DNA of 64,000 nucleotides from a virus, in the IMG/VR virus record IMGVR_UViG_3300045284_000330, positions 1 through 64,000 of that record. One strand, written 5' to 3'. Below, piece by piece: positions 1 through 8,820 of this stretch (within the stretch, counting starts at the first letter, position 1; the number at the start of each line of letters is the position of its first letter). The notes under the pieces were generated by a model, which did no database searches, was not told the origin of the DNA, and saw only the letters and a list, made by a program, of their open reading frames with translations. The position numbers and the translations under genes were made by a program.

Positions 1-100
1 GGCGGCGGCGGCGGCGGTGGCGGCGGCGGCGGCGGTGGCGGCGGCGGCGGCGGTGGCGGCGGCGGCGGCGGTGGCGGCGGCGGTGGCGGCGGCGGCGGCG
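1..100. repeat. (GGC/GGT)n trinucleotide tract encoding about 32 consecutive Pro in the tape measure frame
   Basis: Read directly; minus-strand codons CCG/CCA in frame with the ATG at 3146. Confidence 0.9.
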
Positions 101-3100
101 TTACAACCTTCGGCCCGGACGGCGGCGGTGGCGGCTTTAGCCCTCCCTCCTCTTCACCCTTCTTCGCCTCTCCCTCCTTCGCTTGCGGGATCACGATGTT
201 GCCAAGCGCCTCGATCAGCCGTTTGATCGCGGCAGCCAGCTCGTCCATCGCGGACGCAACCTCGCGGCTCGGACCAGGGACAGCACCCAGCCCATCAGCG
301 GCCTGCTTCCCGGCGTCACCCGCCTGCTTCATTCCGGTCGAGGCGGTCTCGCCAGATGATCCGACCTTGCCCAACGATGACTCAGCGGCGTTCGCAGGCG
401 TGACGAAGTTCTTCATCACGTCCGTGATGCTGCTGATCGCGCCAGCGTGCGGCTTCTCCGCATCGCTGGTCTTTGAGGTCGCGTCGGCTAGGTCCTTGAG
501 GGACTTGGTGGCGTCGTCCTCGACCTCGGAGCGCTTGCCTCGATCCTCCCGGCTCGGGAGCCGGAACTTGTCAATCGTGCCGGTTGTTGATGTGCTGAGA
601 TTTTTCTCGTTCTCCTCCAGCGCCTTCCTGATTTCCTCGTTCTCGGCGTCGGGATAACGCTTTCGCAAAAGCCTGACTATGCCCCGGCTGTTTCTCCCGA
701 GCGTAGACGTGATCTCGTCCTCTTTTGATGCCGCCTCCGGGTATTGTCCCCGCTGACGATCCGCATAGCCCTTCGCGGCACCGACGATCGTACTGAAGAT
801 GCCAAAGCCACTGGCGCCAGCCAGCACACCTCCGGCAGTCAATCCGCCTGCCGCTGCGGCTGCCCCAGGAATAGCCACGCCAATCTCTGGAAGCGCCCCA
901 GCCGCCGCACCGCCGGCCTCAGCAGCGCCTCCAACTGCAGCGGCCCCCTCACCAAGCCCAAGCCCGCCCTTTAACCCGCTAAGAAATTGACGCGGAGCCA
1001 ACAGCGCTCTCACCGCCTTGTATCCGAACTTGAGCGTTTTGAATGGATGCAACAGCGCTTGGAGCCCGAGGTAGCCCGCTGCTGCTGCCCCTGCGAGCCC
1101 GCCCGGAAAACCGCCGCCCGAGTCCGGCGGAGCCTCCGCGCCAGCAGGATGCTCAGGGTGCTCCTCAGCGGGGGTGGCCGGCTCCGTCTTGGGTGTCGGC
1201 GTGGTTTCCTCCTTACCGACACGCGACGGCGGGACGACGATGCCGCTCTTGTACAATTGCCGGGCATCGTCTTCGCTGAGTTTCTTGCCGCTCTGAAGCT
1301 TCGAGAACGCTGCATTGAATGGCGTCTGCTCAACTGGCTGCACAGCGGTGACCCCTGGCGCGAACCGCACGCCGGGGCCGCCCATCAATTCATGCTCGCG
1401 CAAAAGCCTCCGGTTTTCCTCGCTGAAAAAACCCGTCGGCTTTTGCGGCGGCACCGCCGGTCGCGGGCGCGGCAGGGGGACATCTCCAGCAGCCGCCGCA
1501 CCCGTTGGTGCCTCCTCAGCATGGGCTGTGCTGATCGGTGACAGGTCTTCGAGAAGGCTATGCTTGGCGCCCTCGGCCGGCGCCGCCGCGCCCGCTGGCG
1601 CGCCCTTCTTGCCAGAAAATTGCTCCTTTAACTTTTCCCACGTCCACTCAGCGGCGAAGCCCGCCAAAGCCGCCTTGCCAAGCTTTCCGCCCAGTGTCCT
1701 GAAACCAATCAGCATCCCCGCGCCGATTTCCAGCGTGGAAGCATCCTGATCAAACAGCTTGTTAAATGTGTCCTTGAAAGGCTTGACGAAACTAGAAGCG
1801 TCATCCTTCAGGGATTTTAACGCCTTCCCAATCGTCTCAAATGTTTTTTGCCATTTCTCTACGCCAGCATCCGCGTGGGTGTCGTCGCCGACGATGGCGC
1901 GCGACAAGCCGAGCATCGAATCGCCGAAGCCCTTGATGTAGGGCGTGATCTTTCCAGCAATGTCCCCGCCCCACGCGAGGATTTTCTGGTGGTTCTCCGA
2001 AACATACTCGGTGAATTTCTCCATGTTCTCCGCCCACGGCTGGGCGAACATGAGACCGAGCTTCGTCTTGGTGATATCAAGAACCGAGGAGAGCCGGTTG
2101 AACGCCTGATGGAAGGCGGTCGCCCTGTGCTCCTCGACATCACCCATGGTGAGGCCGAGGTGCTCCATTTTGTGCATGAATTCTTCGATGCCCTGACTAC
2201 CCTGCTTGAACACAGGGATCATGTCGGAGCCCATCGTGCGCCCCATGGCGCGCATCAATATCGAGGAGTTTTCCGCTGCGTTGCCGCTGTTCTTGACGAA
2301 ATCGGCGACGTTTTTGAAAACGTCCAGGACCTTCGGCCCCTCGCCCTGGATCGATAGTAAGCTGCCGTTGAAATTTTTTAGCGCCTCCTCGGCGCCCTCG
2401 GTATTTCCGATCAACCCTTTGAAAATATTGTCGGTGGTGAGATTGGCCTCTTTGCCTGCCTCGGCAAGCGTCTTCTGGCCTTTGAGGATATTGCCAACCG
2501 CCTTGGTGACGACCTCGTAAGAACTGAGCCTGTCATTTGTCCGCTTCTTCTCAGCCTCGTGCTCGGCCTGCTCCGCGTGCTCCAGCGCGGTGACGGCCTC
2601 CCTCCGCCTCAATAGCTGCTCTTGATGCGGATCAACCCGGCCGCCGAACGCCTTCTGGCGGGCCAATCGAGCGCGGTCGACCGACTCCTCGGCCCTATCA
2701 ACCCGGAGATTGTCGTCGATCACCTTGTCGGAAGCGTTGGAAACCTCCTCCTTTACTTTTTGCCATTCCTGCGTGATCGCCTGGCCCATGCGCCGGAAAC
2801 TGGTGCTGAGCCCTTCCCCGCTGCCGCCCAGCGCAGTAATCGCCCCCTCAAGCGCGGAGATATTCTCCACGCTCTCGCCGGTCTGGTCGGCCAGAATTTC
2901 CATCTGGTGGACAGTCTTGGCGCTCTCGTCCGCCCACTTGAACGTGAGCCCGCCGATCGCGGCGCCCGCCGCTGCCACGCCAGCAAGCGTCTCGGCAAGC
3001 TTGGCGAACGGCGATTCCGCCTTTTCCGCCGCCTCGGCTACTCTGGCAAAAGCTTCAGTGCCCGCGCTCGCGATCTCGCCGAACGCCTCGATGACCTGGT

Positions 3101-3146
3101 CTTGGCCGGAGAGGGCAATCGACTGAACTATGTCGTCCCCGGCCAT
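1..3146 (-). CDS. Tape measure protein, 3'-truncated by the window edge (absent from the ORF track)
   Basis: Hand translation from ATG at 3146 (MAGDDIVQSIALSGQDQVIEAFGEIASAG...) gives over 1000 aa of Ala/Gly-rich helical sequence ending ...GPKVVTPPPP; lies downstream of tail tube and chaperone genes. Confidence 0.85.
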   Translation of the reverse strand, partial: MAGDDIVQSIALSGQDQVIEAFGEIASAGTEAFARVAEAAEKAESPFAKLAETLAGVAAAGAAIGGLTFKWADESAKTVHQMEILADQTGESVENISALEGAITALGGSGEGLSTSFRRMGQAITQEWQKVKEEVSNASDKVIDDNLRVDRAEESVDRARLARQKAFGGRVDPHQEQLLRRREAVTALEHAEQAEHEAEKKRTNDRLSSYEVVTKAVGNILKGQKTLAEAGKEANLTTDNIFKGLIGNTEGAEEALKNFNGSLLSIQGEGPKVLDVFKNVADFVKNSGNAAENSSILMRAMGRTMGSDMIPVFKQGSQGIEEFMHKMEHLGLTMGDVEEHRATAFHQAFNRLSSVLDITKTKLGLMFAQPWAENMEKFTEYVSENHQKILAWGGDIAGKITPYIKGFGDSMLGLSRAIVGDDTHADAGVEKWQKTFETIGKALKSLKDDASSFVKPFKDTFNKLFDQDASTLEIGAGMLIGFRTLGGKLGKAALAGFAAEWTWEKLKEQFSGKKGAPAGAAAPAEGAKHSLLEDLSPISTAHAEEAPTGAAAAGDVPLPRPRPAVPPQKPTGFFSEENRRLLREHELMGGPGVRFAPGVTAVQPVEQTPFNAAFSKLQSGKKLSEDDARQLYKSGIVVPPSRVGKEETTPTPKTEPATPAEEHPEHPAGAEAPPDSGGGFPGGLAGAAAAGYLGLQALLHPFKTLKFGYKAVRALLAPRQFLSGLKGGLGLGEGAAAVGGAAEAGGAAAGALPEIGVAIPGAAAAAGGLTAGGVLAGASGFGIFSTIVGAAKGYADRQRGQYPEAASKEDEITSTLGRNSRGIVRLLRKRYPDAENEEIRKALEENEKNLSTSTTGTIDKFRLPSREDRGKRSEVEDDATKSLKDLADATSKTSDAEKPHAGAISSITDVMKNFVTPANAAESSLGKVGSSGETASTGMKQAGDAGKQAADGLGAVPGPSREVASAMDELAAAIKRLIEALGNIVIPQAKEGEAKKGEEEGGLKPPPPPSGPKVVTPPPPPPPPPPPPPPPPPPPPPPPPPPPPPPPP

Positions 3147-3225
3147 GCTAAGCTCCAGCAAAGCTGCGAGCCGCTGAGACGGACAAACATCTCAACGGCT
3201 CTAACCACGGACAAGGGAGTGTCCT

Positions 3226-3507
3226 ATGGCTGGCAAACCCAGTATCACGCCTTGGTTGGTCGGGAAACGCTTCGGGCAGTGGACCGTCCTGAAATGGTTC
3301 CCGCTTTATTATCGCCCGAAAGGGAATGGGCAAAGCAAAGTCGCGGGTCTTCTGTGCAGATGCGACTGCGGCAAAGAAAAAATTGTAGATAGCTCCAGCT
3401 TGCGATCCGGACGAAGCCACAGTTGCGGCTGTCTCAGAAGAGAACTCATGAGCCGCTTTCCACGACATGACGGCGAGGGCATCAGACACCGATTCACCTC
3501 AAATTGA
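3226..3507 (+). CDS. Stand-alone Cys-rich domain (GxxFG...CxCxCG...SCGC) of the type found N-terminal to phage HNH/AP2 proteins
   Basis: GKRFGQWTVL...CRCDCGKEKIVDSSSLRSGRSHSCGC; SD AAGGGAG upstream. Confidence 0.7.
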   Translation: MAGKPSITPWLVGKRFGQWTVLKWFPLYYRPKGNGQSKVAGLLCRCDCGKEKIVDSSSLRSGRSHSCGCLRRELMSRFPRHDGEGIRHRFTSN

Positions 3508-4012
3508 TGTGGTAGAAACCTTTTAATTCATTTGCTACCTGCTTGATGATATCCCGCAGGTGCCACTTCTGCGGAATCGTCACCTGCGGCGTCAATATGT
3601 ACTCTGGCTCCTTGGTCTGCGTGTCGAACAGCGCGCGCCCCTTGCGAAACAGATTCCCGCGATCACGCGGCCATACCGTGTTGTTGGGATCAATAGGAAT
3701 CGCCAGCATCCCATTTTTGCCGGATATCGTGGCGCCAAACTCGAAAACCTTCCAATAGCTAACCGGCGGCCCGCCACTCATCGTTGAGACGATCTTGATC
3801 TCGTTGCCGCTTTCCTCGGTCTTCGAATTGAATGCCTGTGTCCACCGCGGGCCGAACCTGCCGCCGCCCGCAATGCTGGCGCGGCCGCGCTCCTCGATCG
3901 CCTTGGCGGCGTCTTTGCAGGCGTTCTCGCATGCCTCCTTAACAGCATTTCCAGCCGCCACCATGTTGCCCTTGAGCTTTCCGGCGTTGCCGTCGTATGT
4001 GAAACCGACCAT
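3494..4012 (-). CDS. Putative tail completion/neck protein
   Basis: Position in tail operon; YWKVFEFGATI resembles HK97 gp10-like 'Y...EFG' motif. Confidence 0.5.
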   Translation of the reverse strand: MVGFTYDGNAGKLKGNMVAAGNAVKEACENACKDAAKAIEERGRASIAGGGRFGPRWTQAFNSKTEESGNEIKIVSTMSGGPPVSYWKVFEFGATISGKNGMLAIPIDPNNTVWPRDRGNLFRKGRALFDTQTKEPEYILTPQVTIPQKWHLRDIIKQVANELKGFYHINLR

Positions 4013-4017
4013 GGGCG

Positions 4018-4341
4018 TTAGTCCTCAAATGATAGCCGGATTTCGGCGTCCTTCGCCCAGCGCTCCAGTTGCTTCTCGTAGGAATGCTTATCACCGTGCT
4101 GTGCGATCCGGATCTGGCTGACGAAATCGATCCGCTCCTGCGATTTCCGCCTTTCTTGGATGAACAGGAGTGCGGACATCTGCCGCGGCGTCAGCTTCCA
4201 GACGGCTGGGTGGCGGGCGGCGCCGAGGGCTTCGGCCTGGGCGGCGAGGTCATAGCCTGGGCCTTTGAAGCGACTTGCACGACCACCTGTAACACCTGCT
4301 GGGCTCCCGATGACATCGAAGCTAACTCTTCGAGAAAAGGG
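4018..4341 (-). CDS. Frameshift extension of the tail chaperone (lambda T analogue)
   Basis: -1 frame reads ...HPAVWKLTPRQMSALLFIQERRKSQER...LSFED*; WxLTP is typical of this segment. Confidence 0.7.
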   Translation of the reverse strand, partial: PFSRRVSFDVIGSPAGVTGGRASRFKGPGYDLAAQAEALGAARHPAVWKLTPRQMSALLFIQERRKSQERIDFVSQIRIAQHGDKHSYEKQLERWAKDAEIRLSFED

Positions 4342-4685
4342 CCGAGGCCATCAGGAAACGTGCACCTCCCAATGGCCTGCACGAGCTTTAGCTGAACGCC
4401 CATTCCCAAGCTGCGGCCGCGTGACTCGGCCACGTCATTGCCGAGCATCGAGTGCTCGCTGCCGTTGCGCTGGCTCGCCGCCAGCATCGCACCCAGCAAG
4501 GCCGGGTCCCATCCAGCGATGTTCCCGCCGCTGCTGGCCATCTGGTGAAACGCATTCGGGAAACGCTGCAGTATCCTTCCCACGTCTTCCGTGGAGATGC
4601 CGAAGACCGTCAACTCCTGGCCGTCCCCGACGGGCACCTTCTCGCTGCGCGGCAGAACGTCGAGCAGCGACAGCATGCTTCCCAT
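4191..4685 (-). CDS. Tail assembly chaperone (lambda G analogue)
   Basis: Follows tail tube gene; contains an in-frame slippery heptamer. Confidence 0.75.
   Translation of the reverse strand: MGSMLSLLDVLPRSEKVPVGDGQELTVFGISTEDVGRILQRFPNAFHQMASSGGNIAGWDPALLGAMLAASQRNGSEHSMLGNDVAESRGRSLGMGVQLKLVQAIGRCTFPDGLGPFLEELASMSSGAQQVLQVVVQVASKAQAMTSPPRPKPSAPPATQPSGS
4335..4341 (-). promoter_or_regulatory. -1 ribosomal frameshift site C CCT TTT
   Basis: X XXY YYZ heptamer in the correct phase; the -1 frame is open from here to TAA at 4018. Confidence 0.75.
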
Positions 4686-4715
4686 GGCACATCCTACGCA
4701 TCACCCGGCCGCCAC

Positions 4716-5276
4716 CTACGGCGACAGAATGTCCGTAGCCGTGGCGTGACCGAAGGCCTGAGTTACGTCGTCGTAGAGCACGTCGCATTCGAAATCCATC
4801 GCGCCCCACGTCCCGCTGCCAGCGGGCAGCAAGCTCATGGCCTTACTCGGCGTGAACAGGCAAACAGGGAACTCATACGTCCACTGTGGGCCGACCACGT
4901 TGGTGCTCACGAACTTGAATGCCGCGTAAATCAGCGGCTGCGACAAGATGCTGACCGAATGGGTGCCTGGCGGAGACTCCGCCTGAATACCCAATGCAGC
5001 GAACGCCAAGTTACGGGCCGTGAACTCTTCGAGCACCATGGTGAGCGTGGCCGCGAGTTCGGTCACCACGACCATGTCCTTTTTTCTCACGCCTATGCGT
5101 GACGAGAAGTGCTCCAGCCGGGTCGGCTTCACCTGGAACGTGAACTCGGTGATATTGCCCGCGTCGACATAAGCTGCGTCCGGGTTTGTGCTCGGGGGGA
5201 TCAGCTTGATGTAGCCGATGCCGCGGCCGACGACATAGTTACCGATATTTGGCGACTGTTCATGAGGCGCGACCAT
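4716..5276 (-). CDS. Tail tube (major tail) protein
   Basis: MVAPHEQSPNIGNYVVGRGIGYIK...DAGNITEFTF...EHFSSRIGVRKKD; beta-rich; SD AAGGAG supports start 5276. Confidence 0.8.
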   Translation of the reverse strand: MVAPHEQSPNIGNYVVGRGIGYIKLIPPSTNPDAAYVDAGNITEFTFQVKPTRLEHFSSRIGVRKKDMVVVTELAATLTMVLEEFTARNLAFAALGIQAESPPGTHSVSILSQPLIYAAFKFVSTNVVGPQWTYEFPVCLFTPSKAMSLLPAGSGTWGAMDFECDVLYDDVTQAFGHATATDILSP

Positions 5277-5290
5277 TGCCGGCTCCTTTC

Positions 5291-5848
5291 CTAGTAGCGC
5301 GAGGGAAACAGGGGGTAGCGAAAGACGTAGAACATCGAGAGGATCGCGCCGCCGCCCCCGATGGTTCTGCCGGGCTTGAGGTCCGTGGCGATGGAGGACA
5401 GCCAATGCATGCCGCCGGCCGTCACCAGATCGATGATCTCGTCATCGTTGGTGATGATGCTGTTGAGCATGGCCACCCAGTTGGAGATTTCCGTTCCTAC
5501 CGGCGCCGGCGCCATTTCGAGCGTGTCGTTCGCCACCGTGTCCCGGTTTTGCAACAGCACGACAATCTGCGGATCCATCTCCCAGATGGTCGGCGGCATC
5601 TTTGCCGACTTGTGAATCGACACGTCTTGAGTGCACTTCGCGTCGCCGTCGTAAAGCAGATAGGCCGGACGCGGGACGACAGGCGGATCGCCGGTCTCGG
5701 TAGGGCCGTGGTTGCGGTAAGCCGAGGCGATGCCATCGAGCCCTTGGCCTATTTCCAGAAGGCGGGCGAGAATGGCCTCGCGGCGATCGAGTGTCGGGTC
5801 GAAAATCGCCCGCGGGGCAATCCGCTCTATGGTCTGATGAACGCTCAT
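5291..5848 (-). CDS. Putative tail terminator
   Basis: Position before tail tube; RREAILARL motif; ATGA overlap with upstream gene. Confidence 0.55.
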   Translation of the reverse strand: MSVHQTIERIAPRAIFDPTLDRREAILARLLEIGQGLDGIASAYRNHGPTETGDPPVVPRPAYLLYDGDAKCTQDVSIHKSAKMPPTIWEMDPQIVVLLQNRDTVANDTLEMAPAPVGTEISNWVAMLNSIITNDDEIIDLVTAGGMHWLSSIATDLKPGRTIGGGGAILSMFYVFRYPLFPSRY

Positions 5849-6258
5849 TGCCTCACACTCAGGCGCCAATACAGTTGCCTGCTGGTGCCTCCGATCTTGG
5901 CTGGCGGCGCAATGATCTTGAGATACCGGCTCACGATCGGCTCACCGCCCGCGTCCATCGCCACGGAGCCGTCCTCATTGAAGATCAGCGCAACGAGGGC
6001 ATCCTTCTCGCTCGGACGCGGCGTCAGCTCTGCCCCGGTATCCGGGCTGATGGCCGAAACCACGGCCTTCATGTCGGCCGGGTTGCTGATGCCGCCGACC
6101 CGCTCCATCGTCGAATACTGCCCGAAGAGGACGAGGATCCAGCGATCGGGAATGCCCTGCTGGCGCAGCAGCGCAAGCTCGCCGTAGCGCGCGATCAGGT
6201 TGTCCCAGATGCTGCGGGACTTATTGACCGGGAATGGCGCGGGTTGCGGCTGCATCAC
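5845..6258 (-). CDS. Putative head-closure protein
   Basis: Position; LIARYGE near N-terminus and YWRLSVRQ C-terminus. Confidence 0.55.
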   Translation of the reverse strand: MMQPQPAPFPVNKSRSIWDNLIARYGELALLRQQGIPDRWILVLFGQYSTMERVGGISNPADMKAVVSAISPDTGAELTPRPSEKDALVALIFNEDGSVAMDAGGEPIVSRYLKIIAPPAKIGGTSRQLYWRLSVRQ

Positions 6259-6635
6259 ATCATCACCGCGCTGTTCACGACCAGGACGGCCGGGAAGTTC
6301 TTGCGCACCAGGCTCAGCCAGCGCTCGCCGTAGATCGTCATCGTAAAATCGATCGGCGAGTTCGGGTCTGGGACCGAATAGGTGACCGACAGGTCCGGCG
6401 TCCGCTCGCTCGACACAAGCTGGCCGGTGCCGGACTCCCCTCGCATGATGGCGACTTGCAGAAGATGGGCCGCATAATAATATAACCCTAAAACTTGATT
6501 GGCGTCATCGACCCAATCGCCGTTGCCGCAGGTGACCACGGCCTCCTCGATCGCAAACTCCACCGAGGCGTCATCGACCGAATCGAACGCCGGCTTGAAC
6601 TTGAATTTGAGATTCGCGGCGGTCGGTACCGTCAC
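6255..6635 (-). CDS. Head-tail adaptor (DUF4054-like)
   Basis: FKPAF...YYAAHLL...LSVTY...TIYGERWLSL. Confidence 0.75.
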   Translation of the reverse strand: MTVPTAANLKFKFKPAFDSVDDASVEFAIEEAVVTCGNGDWVDDANQVLGLYYYAAHLLQVAIMRGESGTGQLVSSERTPDLSVTYSVPDPNSPIDFTMTIYGERWLSLVRKNFPAVLVVNSAVMM

Positions 6636-6991
6636 AGCCGGTTCCTCGTGTCCGTGACCGTCATGATTCCGCAGCTGAGCGTCGAGATATTCCCCGACGC
6701 GTCGACCAGCGTGGCCTCATGGTAGTAATTGCGAAGCAATTCGACGGTATCGCCGCGCTCGATCTGCACGCTGAACGAGGTTGCCGGCGAGCCCACGACC
6801 ACACCTCCATCGAGGGTCGATTTCTCGATCAGCGCGGCCGGCGAGCTGTCGAAATCGGGAATGCCGAATGCTTCCTGATAAGCCCGCCAGTAAATATCGC
6901 CGGCGAGCGGCGCGGCCGCTGGCGCCGTGAGCGGAACGACAGCGTCGTTGCCCGCAGGCACGGAAAAGTTCTGCGCGACCGGCGCGATCAT
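6632..6991 (-). CDS. Small beta-rich virion protein (BppU-like)
   Basis: QNFSVPAGND...YYHEATLVDASGNISTL; coupled to neighbours. Confidence 0.5.
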   Translation of the reverse strand: MIAPVAQNFSVPAGNDAVVPLTAPAAAPLAGDIYWRAYQEAFGIPDFDSSPAALIEKSTLDGGVVVGSPATSFSVQIERGDTVELLRNYYHEATLVDASGNISTLSCGIMTVTDTRNRL

Positions 6992-7296
6992 GGCGTAGCC
7001 GACGGGGCTGCTGCCGCGGCGCCGCTGGCGGTCAGCGTCAGATCCCCTTTGCCGAGATACTCGGCAATGTCGGGACGCAGCGGGACAGCCGTTTTCGTTT
7101 CGCCCGGCCGGATCACCACCTGCTTGCCGAACCAATCGTGCACCACGCGCGGCGCCTTCGGGTTTTTGCTGGTGATGTCATAGGTCTGCGGCTTGACCTC
7201 CTTTGCCTTCTCCGCCATGGCGGAGAGCCTTTCCTCACGCTCGGTCGGCTCGAACATCGGCTCGGGGGGGAGCCTTCTCGTCGGTGTGATCGGCAT
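6988..7296 (-). CDS. Small protein directly after the major capsid gene
   Basis: MPITPTRRLPP...APRVVHDWFGKQVVIRPGETK; SD upstream. Confidence 0.65.
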   Translation of the reverse strand: MPITPTRRLPPEPMFEPTEREERLSAMAEKAKEVKPQTYDITSKNPKAPRVVHDWFGKQVVIRPGETKTAVPLRPDIAEYLGKGDLTLTASGAAAAAPSATP

Positions 7297-7333
7297 GCTT
7301 TTCCCTTCCTGCCTGGCTCTGCTTTCCCGCGCC

Positions 7334-8296
7334 TTATGGGCTGCCGACCCCGCTGATGCCGTCGACATAGCGGACCGCGCCGGTGCGCCGGATTTCGACC
7401 GACCCGACGCGGAAAATGCCGGGGACGTCGAATTGGAGCGCGGACCGCTGGAAGACCGGCAGGAACTGATGCGGCATCGGGACATGGAGCTTGAGAACGC
7501 GAGCGTCGCGGCGATAGACGATCATGCGCCCGCCGCCGTCGGCGCCGGCGGAATCGAGGCCGAGCACGCCGCGGATCGTCAGCGGCCTCCCGGTGTTGAA
7601 CGTGTAGAGGTTGTAACGCGACAAATAGTCGAGCGCGTTCCCATAGGTATTCGGGATTCGAATGTTGGCGAGCTTCTGCATCTCGCCGATCGGGAGCAGC
7701 ACGGTATCCGCCATCTCGACGGTCAAGCTGCCCTCATAGACGCCCGTGAGCGCGTCCTGCACGTCGCCGATGATCTCGTCCGCTGTTTTCACCGACCAGT
7801 GTGACGAGCCTGCGGCCCCGGTCTTTGCGGTGACCACCGCAACGTATGGATTATTGAAAAGCCCGGTGATGCCCTTCGCCGGCGAACCGCGATAGGCGTG
7901 ATTGTCCATGAACATCTCATAGGAGAAATGCGCCGCCTCGGCCTTTTCCCCGGTGAGATTGAGGCCAGGGATCATCATCGCCTGGCCAACCTCCTCGAGG
8001 GTCCAGTTGTACCCGATGCCCGCCATCTCAATGCCCTGCTCGAACTTGTTGCGGTTGATGTCCGCAAAGGGCATGTCGGTCGCGACGTTGCTCAGCCATT
8101 CAGCCTGGCCGACCTTGTCGAGCGAGTAATAGGTGATGGATTTCACCCATGGCCCCCCCGAACTGTCTATAGGTATCAGCTGCTGATAAATAATTTCCGG
8201 ATATTCGATCCGGTAAACTTCCTGCTCGATGTAACTGGTTTGGCTGACCAGGAAGGCCATCGTCTGTTGTGGATTGTCGTAAACATTAAGGCGCAT
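7334..8296 (-). CDS. Major capsid protein (DUF2184 family)
   Basis: FLVSQTSYIEQEVYRIEYPEI...GDVQDALTGV...GSVEIRRTGAVRYVDGI; SD GGGAGG. Confidence 0.9.
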   Translation of the reverse strand: MRLNVYDNPQQTMAFLVSQTSYIEQEVYRIEYPEIIYQQLIPIDSSGGPWVKSITYYSLDKVGQAEWLSNVATDMPFADINRNKFEQGIEMAGIGYNWTLEEVGQAMMIPGLNLTGEKAEAAHFSYEMFMDNHAYRGSPAKGITGLFNNPYVAVVTAKTGAAGSSHWSVKTADEIIGDVQDALTGVYEGSLTVEMADTVLLPIGEMQKLANIRIPNTYGNALDYLSRYNLYTFNTGRPLTIRGVLGLDSAGADGGGRMIVYRRDARVLKLHVPMPHQFLPVFQRSALQFDVPGIFRVGSVEIRRTGAVRYVDGISGVGSP

Positions 8297-8309
8297 CTCG
8301 GCCTCCCCT

Positions 8310-8792
8310 TTACCTGTTGCCGGCGATGTTGCCGATGCGCACGACAGCAAGAACCGGCGCGTTTGCGCTTCCTGCCGCAGTGGTCTGCCACCGCGCGTCC
8401 TCGATGGTCGTGCCGGCCGCGCCGAGCTTTCCGGTGGTGGTGTCGTAGGTCACCGCCGCACCAACCGCGACGCTGCCGTAGCAATTCACCCAGAGGTCGC
8501 CGGTGCAGAGAACGCCGGCGTTGTCGTATTGCGGGTAAACATCCACGGGGAGCCCTTCCACACGGGCAAGCGTCTTGTCGGCACGCGTGACGCCGACAAA
8601 GGCGGTGCCGCCGACAATGCAGCCGGCATCGGACAGGGTGCCCTGGCTGACGGCGAGGCCAAAGCCGATGCCGCCCGCGGTTTCCACGGTCCGGGTATCG
8701 GCCGAAAAGTTGATCTCGCTGGCGAGATCGCCGTTCTGGCCGACCGGCTGATAGCGGTTGTAGGTCGATTGAACAGGAGCTGGTTGCAGCAT
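8310..8792 (-). CDS. Capsid decoration/cement protein
   Basis: IGFGLAVSQG...GDLWV; lies between protease and capsid genes. Confidence 0.75.
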   Translation of the reverse strand: MLQPAPVQSTYNRYQPVGQNGDLASEINFSADTRTVETAGGIGFGLAVSQGTLSDAGCIVGGTAFVGVTRADKTLARVEGLPVDVYPQYDNAGVLCTGDLWVNCYGSVAVGAAVTYDTTTGKLGAAGTTIEDARWQTTAAGSANAPVLAVVRIGNIAGNR

Positions 8793-8820
8793 GTTGGTTT
8801 CCTCTCGGCGCTGCGGCGCC

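Noticed and set aside
17-226. Poly-Ala ORF on the plus strand
   Set aside because: Shadow of the tape measure poly-Pro codons
3148-3489. 113-aa minus-strand ORF before the tape measure gene
   Set aside because: No recognisable features; the opposite-strand ORF has a clear motif and SD
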